Of a stretch of DNA of 64,000 nt, positions 55,836 through 63,602 are shown piece by piece. Each line of letters starts with the position of its first letter. Positions within the stretch are counted from its first letter, which is position 1. A model generated the notes under the pieces. That model was not told where the DNA came from. It was given only the letters and a program-made list of their open reading frames with translations, and ran no database searches. The DNA is from Alphaproteobacteria bacterium (GTDB taxonomy: Bacteria; Pseudomonadota; Alphaproteobacteria; Rickettsiales; JABCZZ01). The position numbers were made by a program, and so were the translations under genes. The stretch lies in the NCBI GenBank assembly GCA_013288335.1, contig JABDCC010000005.1, positions 1,313 through 65,312 on the forward strand, in the 5' to 3' direction.

Positions 55836-57467
55836 ATGATTATTGCGTCAAACGACATAAATGCAAAATTACAGAAATTTTTATTGCGTAGTTTTACCTT
55901 TATCTGCGTGATAGCTGCTCTGGCAGCGCCACAGGCACAAGCCGCAAGCACTTTTCTTCTCCAGCTTGGCTCATTTGATTCAGAAACCCAGGCCTCACAG
56001 AAGTGGGATGAAGTAAAAGCAAAGAACGCGGACGTACTTGGCAGCTTTAGTCTCCATATTTCCAAAGTATCCATGCCGCCTGATAATGCCGTTAGCTACC
56101 GCGCTCAGGTAGGCCCCGTTGATTCTTACGATAAAGCTTCCAAAATTTGCACTAAATTGCAGAATAATGGCAATGAATGCTATATCGTTGAAACCGCACT
56201 TTTAGCTGACGAAACCTCTGCTCCAGCCACTGCTTCTACTCCAACACCTGCTCCTGCAGCTTCGTCTGAAACACCCGCACCGGTTGCCACTGAAACTGTT
56301 ACCGATGTGGTGGTTGCCGATCGCGCTCCTAAATTCCTGGACGATGAATCAGCACCAGCGGCAACAACTGTAGCACAAGCTCAACCTGCTCCTGCTGCAC
56401 CCGTTGCACAAGCAGTACCTGAAGAAAACGCCTTCCCCCATGCAACCAAGGCAATGGTAGCAGCACCAGCGCCAGTGGTAACTTCAACACCTGCAGCACC
56501 CGAGACAGTGGCACAGAATGATGCTACTGCGTCTTCTCCCGGAGCTTATGTACCCGGACGTGAACCTAAATTCTTAGACGATGATATGTCTGCTTCACAA
56601 CCCGCGCCAGTAGTTGCCGCCGCTGAACCAGCTCCCGCTGCTCCTGCGCCTTCAGAAAAACCTGGTTTCTTTGGCCGCTTGTTTAGCAGCAAATCTAGCA
56701 CTCCGCCTTCTACAGTCAGTGGTACGGAGCCAGCTGGTAATGTAGAGGTAGCTGAAGCCATACGCGTGCCGCTTACCAAGGATAATTCCACAAGTTCAGC
56801 GAAATATGCTGTTCCTGCAATTCACGGGCTTGGCGGATTGCCAAATCAGACGATGGATAAAACCTACTGGGCACAGCTTACCTATTTTACTGACGAAGCA
56901 GCCGCACATAGTTTCTATGATCAGTTCCACGCAAATTACCCGCAACTCACTGATAATGTGCGAGTGCGTGTGACTCGTCCTTATTCGTATATTAATCGCC
57001 CGGGCCATGTGTCTCTGCGCATGGGGCCATTTGCGACTATACGCGATGTAAAAACATTGTGCTCTGTAGCAGCACAGCAACATCTGCGTTGTACCTCAAT
57101 TAAAGATGTTGGCTCGTCTGTTGCAGCAAATCTTCCTCGCACAGTGGCAACAAAAACTGCCAGCATATACGCTGCTGCAAGCAGCGCGACTATAGTATCC
57201 AGCAATAAATCTGGTGTATATTGGGATCAGCTAGGTACTTATGCTTCTGCTGATGAAGCATGGGACAGATGGCAAAGCATTACCGAAGGCAAAAAGAAGA
57301 CCTTTGGTAAAATCAAAGCAACCGTTACTACCCCACAAAACAGCAGTGCGGATCATCCGGTATACCGCCTGCGCGCTGGTCCATTTACCAGTGAGGCTGC
57401 GGCTAACTCGATTTGCAATAAGCTTTCCAATGTGGGTGAGAATTGCCTGGTTATAAGTGAGCATTGA
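55836..57467 (+). CDS. SPOR-domain protein (three SPOR-like modules, Pro/Ala-rich linkers)
   Basis: 543 aa with a signal peptide. SPOR-like starts are FLLQLGSFDSETQA, YWAQLTYFTDEAAA and YWDQLGTYASADEA. Each module ends in a '(R/L)R(A/M)GPF' motif, and the first in 'AQVGPV'. Confidence 0.8.
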   Translation: MIIASNDINAKLQKFLLRSFTFICVIAALAAPQAQAASTFLLQLGSFDSETQASQKWDEVKAKNADVLGSFSLHISKVSMPPDNAVSYRAQVGPVDSYDKASKICTKLQNNGNECYIVETALLADETSAPATASTPTPAPAASSETPAPVATETVTDVVVADRAPKFLDDESAPAATTVAQAQPAPAAPVAQAVPEENAFPHATKAMVAAPAPVVTSTPAAPETVAQNDATASSPGAYVPGREPKFLDDDMSASQPAPVVAAAEPAPAAPAPSEKPGFFGRLFSSKSSTPPSTVSGTEPAGNVEVAEAIRVPLTKDNSTSSAKYAVPAIHGLGGLPNQTMDKTYWAQLTYFTDEAAAHSFYDQFHANYPQLTDNVRVRVTRPYSYINRPGHVSLRMGPFATIRDVKTLCSVAAQQHLRCTSIKDVGSSVAANLPRTVATKTASIYAAASSATIVSSNKSGVYWDQLGTYASADEAWDRWQSITEGKKKTFGKIKATVTTPQNSSADHPVYRLRAGPFTSEAAANSICNKLSNVGENCLVISEH

Positions 57468-57537
57468 TTTTTTGGTAAATAAATACTGTACATAAAAAAT
57501 CAGTTTGCTATATAAAACACCTCTTTTTTTGCCATAT

Positions 57538-57612
57538 TCCGCGGTAGCTCAGTGGTAGAGCAATCGGCTGTTAACCGATCGGTCGTAGGTTCGAGCCCTA
57601 CCCGCGGAGCCA
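57538..57612 (+). tRNA. tRNA-Asn (anticodon GUU)
   Basis: Hand-folded 75 nt. Acceptor TCCGCGG/CCGCGGA, anticodon stem ATCGG/CCGAT with loop CTGTTAA, T-arm GTAGG-TTCGAGC-CCTAC and an encoded CCA. Confidence 0.92.
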
Positions 57613-57619
57613 AAAAAGA

Positions 57620-57655
57620 TTAGCAGATTCAGAATCTGCTAACCCATTTTTGTTT
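57620..57655 (+). terminator. intrinsic terminator after tRNA-Asn
   Basis: An inverted repeat TTAGCAGATTC/GAATCTGCTAA (57620-57642) is followed by CCCATTTTTGTTTG. Confidence 0.7.
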
Positions 57656-57701
57656 GTGGTAAACGAGAGTTAGGTGATTCACAATTTTTACTGCAATAAA
57701 A

Positions 57702-59849
57702 TCAGTTTCTAAACGTCGATATCAAGTTATATGCGCGCAGTAAATAAAACTCATTATATAAACGGTCATCCGACATATAAATGTCTTTCAATTCCGGTCT
57801 CAGCACATCCTTCTTATCTATACTATGTAATGATGCAGCAGCAATTTCTTCAAGTGACTGATCAGGCAACCATTCTTCTATATCTTTGGCAGCTTTAGGC
57901 GGCAGGTTCTTTATGAACTGCGCCTTTGTAAGCTCCGGCAAAGGGACGTCTGACGCCAATATATGAATGCCTGTATTCTTTTCAATTGCATCATACAATT
58001 TTACATATTTAAATTGCTTATAAATTGCATTTAATGCTGCATTCACAAATACAGTGGGTCTGTTATCAGGAATCCATTGTTGTAATATACCACCCGGTGC
58101 CAAACGCAACTTTACCGCTGTCAGAAATTCGGTAGTATAAAGCAACCCACTTCCCGCAGCTTCAATAGGTGGAGGAGGATCCAGTATAATAATATCGTAT
58201 GTATCCCCCGAACGATTCAAAAAACGCCTTCCATCATCATTAACGATATGAACGCGTGGATCCGTCAAAACACGCTCGGCATCAGAATAAAAGTAACTGA
58301 ATGATTTAAGAACCCCTTTGCTAAGTTCAACGGCAGTAATGGAATCCAGTGGCCACGCAGTTAATGATCGCACCGTCGTTCCCATACCAAAACAAATAAC
58401 AAGTGCTGATTTGGCATCCGGATGATGCAGCAAAGGTAAATGCGCCATATTTTTGGTAACGTTATTAAGCGTAGTCATTCCGACACCATTCACCGTTAAT
58501 ATTTTGTCCAGGTTTTTTCCTAGCGCGCCAATGTAACCTATATGATCCCGCGTAAGCATCCCGTTGCTTTTTATGTGATCTTCGTAATTCGGCATATAAA
58601 AGGAGGTAAATAGTATCAGTATAAATAAAGCTAAAGCCTTTATTCTGTGGATATTAACATCGCGAAGCATGAAATAAGAAATAGGCAATAACATGAAAGC
58701 ATACGCAATAAGGCTTTCTTTAATACCTGCTACCGGAAATAATATATAAGTGGTAAAAACGGGGCCAGCAATACACCCCAGACAATTATACATATAGGCC
58801 AGAGATATATTGCGGGTGTTGTTACCACAGGCGTTATCGATAATTTTTGGTGTTAAATATCCAAAACAAAAGCATAATGGCGCTATGGATAAAACGACAA
58901 GCTGAGGAAAGCATTGCAGTACAACAAATGAAGTGGCCATAATGGGCAGAAGTGCAAATATTGGCAACCAAGTAATAATAGTATAATACAGGCTTATATT
59001 ATTTAAATTTTCCCGGTACATCTTTGTACCAAACGCAGTGCAAATCAAATAAACAGCTAAAATAATAGCAAATGAGTACACTGTAGAGCCTAGCGCAAAT
59101 ATAAATGATTTTATCCAGACTACTTCACATCCAAGCGTTACAAAACCAAAGGCGAATAATATTAAAATGACCGAGAAGGGAATTCTTCCAGATCCCACCT
59201 TATCTGGTGAATCAATTGTTGCAGACTCAGTAATGGCAAAATCAGGTAATGCGCATAAAGCAAGAATCGCTACAATAATATTGAGCGCTACTGTAATTTG
59301 CAATGTGTACTGAAAACCGTAAAGCTCAATAGAAACACCAGGTAAAACACAGCCAATCAAAGCTCCGCAGAGATTAGCATAATAAAGAAAACTAAAGATT
59401 CTATCCTCTTTTTCATTGTTTTGAATACACCGCATGAGAAATGGAAATGTACTTCCTATCAATGTACATACGGGCAGTAATATGATCGTTATAAAAAGGC
59501 AGGAATATAATAAATAGCTCCCGGACTGCATCTGCCCTGAGTCTAAGAGAAATAAATACCCTTTCTTAAAAAAGTAAGGAACCGTAAATGCCAGACCACC
59601 AATAAGCGCTTCTACCATAGCATAGAAAATCAAGGCAAGACGCGGAGATATGATATTGGTTATCCTGCCGGAGAGAAATGTGCCAAGTGCTAAACCCAAC
59701 ATAAAAACGCTAAGCACTGCAGAACTGATGGGAGTAATAACGCCAAAATACGTCATAGCCTGACGAAGCCAGATGGTTTGGTAACTGATAGACGCAGCGC
59801 CGGAAATAATAAAACACAAAAATGCAATGCGCCTAATGGAAAAAAACAT
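57702..59849 (-). CDS. polytopic membrane protein fused to a spermidine-synthase-like (aminopropyl/methyltransferase-fold) domain
   Basis: 715 aa. The N-terminal ~400 aa carry more than 10 hydrophobic segments. The C-terminal domain has ALVICFGMGTTVRS, AVELS, DDGRRFL and YDIIILDPPPP, as in SpeE-like enzymes. Confidence 0.8.
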   Translation of the reverse strand: MFFSIRRIAFLCFIISGAASISYQTIWLRQAMTYFGVITPISSAVLSVFMLGLALGTFLSGRITNIISPRLALIFYAMVEALIGGLAFTVPYFFKKGYLFLLDSGQMQSGSYLLYSCLFITIILLPVCTLIGSTFPFLMRCIQNNEKEDRIFSFLYYANLCGALIGCVLPGVSIELYGFQYTLQITVALNIIVAILALCALPDFAITESATIDSPDKVGSGRIPFSVILILFAFGFVTLGCEVVWIKSFIFALGSTVYSFAIILAVYLICTAFGTKMYRENLNNISLYYTIITWLPIFALLPIMATSFVVLQCFPQLVVLSIAPLCFCFGYLTPKIIDNACGNNTRNISLAYMYNCLGCIAGPVFTTYILFPVAGIKESLIAYAFMLLPISYFMLRDVNIHRIKALALFILILFTSFYMPNYEDHIKSNGMLTRDHIGYIGALGKNLDKILTVNGVGMTTLNNVTKNMAHLPLLHHPDAKSALVICFGMGTTVRSLTAWPLDSITAVELSKGVLKSFSYFYSDAERVLTDPRVHIVNDDGRRFLNRSGDTYDIIILDPPPPIEAAGSGLLYTTEFLTAVKLRLAPGGILQQWIPDNRPTVFVNAALNAIYKQFKYVKLYDAIEKNTGIHILASDVPLPELTKAQFIKNLPPKAAKDIEEWLPDQSLEEIAAASLHSIDKKDVLRPELKDIYMSDDRLYNEFYLLRAYNLISTFRN

Positions 59850-59913
59850 TCAGACCCCTTATGTAAATCATGGTGCTAAATACTTATTAAAATAATATTG
59901 CTATAGCAATATA

Positions 59914-60627
59914 CTACTTATCCAGCTTATCCGAAACCACGAGATAGCCACGGTATATGCCATCACCATCTTTCGTATTCATCGCCGCGTGCATCAGCGA
60001 CACAGGTACCCAGAACCAGGGGTTCTTGTGGCCCGCAACATCCATTACCAGACAGGAATCAGTCTCAGGGTGATAGGCAACAATCGGTGAGAAATGCCCG
60101 CCTCCCTCGCGCCCTAGGGTTTTGCTATCAAAATTAGCAATCACAAAGGTTTGGCTTTCATTTAAGTAAGCCATTAAATCGTGCCGAAAACGCTTTATTA
60201 AGACATCTGAGCTGGTTTTAGTTTCAATAATATTTACATCGAGTAAAAGCAGTCTGAGTTTTCTGCCTAAATCACCGAGTGCAAATCCGGGATCAAAACC
60301 TTCCTCGCATTTTCCTTCTACTTTTTTACGTGATTTTCCCTGCTCTTTACGTGCGTCAAAGAAAGTAATCTGTGTATAGCAGTTAAATGCCATTTTACCT
60401 TCACCCGGTAATTGTACATCGAGCTTTGTCTCTAGTGTCAGACCTTTTTTGCGTAAGCGTAACGCGTTTAAAACCATGACAGAGCTTGCGATGCCGCAAT
60501 AGGTAGGTTTTATCTGGCGTTCAAATAAATGTGCAAGCGCATAAAAATGATTCGCATACTGCGATTCAAAAAGCCGCCTCTTGCCTTCTTTGGTATTCCA
60601 GAAAATAAGCTTTGGCTTGTCGTTCAT
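59914..60627 (-). CDS. phytochelatin-synthase-like (half-size, papain-fold) protein
   Basis: 237 aa with the catalytic Cys context KPTYCGIASSVMVLNAL. The His/Asp context GGHFSPIVAYHPETDSCLVMDVA...WVPVSLMHAAM matches the conserved N-terminal PCS domain from memory. Confidence 0.75.
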   Translation of the reverse strand: MNDKPKLIFWNTKEGKRRLFESQYANHFYALAHLFERQIKPTYCGIASSVMVLNALRLRKKGLTLETKLDVQLPGEGKMAFNCYTQITFFDARKEQGKSRKKVEGKCEEGFDPGFALGDLGRKLRLLLLDVNIIETKTSSDVLIKRFRHDLMAYLNESQTFVIANFDSKTLGREGGGHFSPIVAYHPETDSCLVMDVAGHKNPWFWVPVSLMHAAMNTKDGDGIYRGYLVVSDKLDK

Positions 60628-60643
60628 AACTAATCCAGAAAAA

Positions 60644-61759
60644 TTATATGGTGCGGGAAGTTTTACCTTTTGCCTTCAAATCTGCAACCCGTGAGAACTT
60701 CTCTTCTGCCGTATGTGCCATCTGATTCTGTGGTAATATTTTATCCGCATCACTAACCGGCGCACGTGTATTTACATCTTCACCTTGATTAAAGTAAGGA
60801 CTATTAATACCACTTAATTTATTTTTTATTATCTCTACATCACTCATGCCATTAAACGTTTCTCGGATGAGTGTATCCATAACCTTCGCTTCTTCTGCCT
60901 CAGGTAAATGCTTAGTAATCGTGTTATGTACTTGTGTGTATATTCCCGCGAGTTGATCCACGGCTTTATCTATAGCGTCTATTCTCGGGTTACTAAATCC
61001 ATTATCTCGTGCAACTTCGGTACAATTTTCCTTAAAATAATCAAGAGCAGTCCCACCGTAATAACGTATACCAAGCTCGCGATCATAACCATGCCCATCG
61101 AGGATAAGTTGTGCTTTTTGCATAGGACTAAGGTTAGTAACTGCGAATTTACTTTCCTCATTGGTTGACACTGTAATCGCCGGGACTTTTTTATTTGTAT
61201 CGCCTGCTAAATTCACATCTGCCACCTGAAATTTATACATGCCAAATTTATCTTCATCCTTGCCTTTTAAAGCATCAAATTTTGACTTTGCAGTTTTATC
61301 AAACAAATCCTCAACAGTAATTCCAGTCGGAGGATTACCCAATTCACGGTTAATATAAGCTGTGAGTGAAGCTTTCATATCTTCTGTACTTGCAGTAATA
61401 TTAATGCCTTCAGCATAGCCATCTTTGTTAGCTGCAGGCTGAAGCCCGGCATAAATACCTATATTTGCAAATGGTTTTTCCTGTCCATTTTTATCGATAT
61501 AGGTCCCGCGAGTGCCACGAAATTCATACTCTCCGGCAGCCAGTACATTCATATCCACCTCCATACCGGGAAGGCGTGCTTTTTCATTGGGAATTTTACT
61601 GGAGCTTTCAGGTTTTTCGTTGGTATGAACTTTGATAAGCGAAGCATAACCAAAAAGGCGGCTGATACCATCTCCTGCGCGAACCTCTTGTTCGTATTTT
61701 GCCAATACTTCAGGCAGTTCCGACCATTTCGTGGCTTCATATTTGATAGGAGAAGTCAT
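60644..61759 (-). CDS. hypothetical protein (ORFan)
   Basis: 371 aa soluble-looking ORF, 16 bp upstream of the PCS-like gene on the same strand. I recognise no domain. Confidence 0.7.
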   Translation of the reverse strand: MTSPIKYEATKWSELPEVLAKYEQEVRAGDGISRLFGYASLIKVHTNEKPESSSKIPNEKARLPGMEVDMNVLAAGEYEFRGTRGTYIDKNGQEKPFANIGIYAGLQPAANKDGYAEGINITASTEDMKASLTAYINRELGNPPTGITVEDLFDKTAKSKFDALKGKDEDKFGMYKFQVADVNLAGDTNKKVPAITVSTNEESKFAVTNLSPMQKAQLILDGHGYDRELGIRYYGGTALDYFKENCTEVARDNGFSNPRIDAIDKAVDQLAGIYTQVHNTITKHLPEAEEAKVMDTLIRETFNGMSDVEIIKNKLSGINSPYFNQGEDVNTRAPVSDADKILPQNQMAHTAEEKFSRVADLKAKGKTSRTI

Positions 61760-61810
61760 GTATATCCCTTACAATAGCCAATATCTTATCAGAACAACCT
61801 TAATAAATAG

Positions 61811-63571
61811 TTAAATAACCACATCGCCTTCGAGGAATTTCCGTGGATTATAGCTAAAATCCTCGGCTGCAGCCGTGTTATCCGAGATTAAATCGCGGTT
61901 CATACGCAAGGCAATATCTGCGTTTAAATCCGGCAACTGGTAGATGATCCCAAGAAAGCTGAGTATTGCCGAAAAAGCAGGGATTTTAATGAGGCGCGCG
62001 GGTTTGCCTATATACTCAAATAATTTCATTAGCATATCATGATAAGTAATAAATTCATCACCACCAAGATTATATGTTTTTCTGTAAGTCACAGGATTAT
62101 CAATTATTGCAATTGCAGCATCGGCAATGTCCTGCGCATTTACCGGATTTCGGACACCTGAACCTTTTTTATAAATCACCAGTTTGCCAAAGCGCCGTAT
62201 AATATCCGCCATTCTTGCAATACTGCTTCCGAAGCCGACTCCGTAACAAATATTGGGGTATAATGTTGTCATGTCCGGTATATTATTTACTTCGGGTTCA
62301 GGCAGCGATTCAGGTTTTTTAAATATATGTTCCGAATCAAAAGCAATCACACGTGTAATGCCCTGCTCTGTAAGTTTGGAAGATATTTTCTCCAGCAATT
62401 CAAACTTTGCTGCATGAATCAATACATCGGCTTTAATTTCCGTAAACGCAGCAATATCCTCCTTGTAAGAAAAATTAATTTTCCGCCACGTTAAATTTGG
62501 ATGAGAAAATGCAACATGCGTGAGCTTATAAGTAGCAATCACATGCGCACCTTTGGCCAATGCTTTGCCAACTACACACATACCGATTTGCGAATCGGCG
62601 CCAGTGATTATAATGGTTTTGCCAGCGAGCGAGTTATCCTGCGGCGAAAACTGTGTAAGTTTATACAGCAATGCAATGCGTGCTATTTCATTTTTAGCCG
62701 TCATAGGTGGTACAAACGCGCGATTTAGCGTTCCTATGACTATCTTCAGCCAGCAACGCACCATTATACCAATCCGCATAATACTGAGCAGAAGTTTTTG
62801 TTCGCTGAAATGTTTGTTAAGGTAGAGTATAAAACCTTTAGCCTTTTGCTTCTCAATGAAAGAACTTGCCACTTCACTGGTACTTCTGAAATGCATCACT
62901 TTGACACTCGGTATGCAGATAACTTTTCCACCCGCTTTATGCACGCGATAGCAGAAATCCGTATCTTCCATATGCAGAAAATAATCTTCATCAAAGCCAT
63001 CTAGGCGTTTATAAAATGACGCGGCAATACACATAAATGCGCCGGAAATTACCGGCACTTCATGCGTATTTTCCGGCATAGGCAAACGATTAAAATTTAG
63101 ATTTTCAAATTTTTTAGAAATACGGTTGAAACCTAAACTTTCCACAATACCGTTCATCGGTGTAAGGAGTGCTCGCCTTCCTCCACGCTGCTCACTGCCG
63201 TCGGGATTTTGTAGAAAACATCCGGCGAGTGTATTTTCAGGATAGGTTGCTATTTCGGCAAGTAACTGTGCAATCGCACCGCCTGGCAGCATACTATCTG
63301 GATTGAGCAATAATAAATAGTCACCGATGGCTTGCGAAGCCGCAAGATTACAGGCTTTACCAAAACCTATATTCCCTTGCCCCTCTACAATCTTTAGTCG
63401 TGGTTCCTTAGCCTCTAACTCCCGCAAATGTTTTTCGTCGCCCGGGATATTACCGTTATTTACCAGCAAAATTTCTGTGCATTCTGGCTGTGCTAGCGCA
63501 GATGAAATGGCAAGCCACAATGTTGGGCCGGTGAAATAACTGACGATTATAATACTTACTGAAGAGGTCAT
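61811..63571 (-). CDS. family-2 glycosyltransferase fused to an NAD(P)-binding extended-SDR (epimerase/dehydratase-like) domain
   Basis: The start at ATG 63571 follows the SD AGGA; the ORF extends to 63586. The N-terminus has the GT2 motifs VSIIIVSYF, LLLLNPDS and HMEDTDFCYR. A hydrophobic segment follows, then the Rossmann motif IIITGADSQIG. Confidence 0.8.
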   Translation of the reverse strand: MTSSVSIIIVSYFTGPTLWLAISSALAQPECTEILLVNNGNIPGDEKHLRELEAKEPRLKIVEGQGNIGFGKACNLAASQAIGDYLLLLNPDSMLPGGAIAQLLAEIATYPENTLAGCFLQNPDGSEQRGGRRALLTPMNGIVESLGFNRISKKFENLNFNRLPMPENTHEVPVISGAFMCIAASFYKRLDGFDEDYFLHMEDTDFCYRVHKAGGKVICIPSVKVMHFRSTSEVASSFIEKQKAKGFILYLNKHFSEQKLLLSIMRIGIMVRCWLKIVIGTLNRAFVPPMTAKNEIARIALLYKLTQFSPQDNSLAGKTIIITGADSQIGMCVVGKALAKGAHVIATYKLTHVAFSHPNLTWRKINFSYKEDIAAFTEIKADVLIHAAKFELLEKISSKLTEQGITRVIAFDSEHIFKKPESLPEPEVNNIPDMTTLYPNICYGVGFGSSIARMADIIRRFGKLVIYKKGSGVRNPVNAQDIADAAIAIIDNPVTYRKTYNLGGDEFITYHDMLMKLFEYIGKPARLIKIPAFSAILSFLGIIYQLPDLNADIALRMNRDLISDNTAAAEDFSYNPRKFLEGDVVI

Positions 63572-63602
63572 GCAAATCCTATACACGACTCATTGTATGC
63601 AA

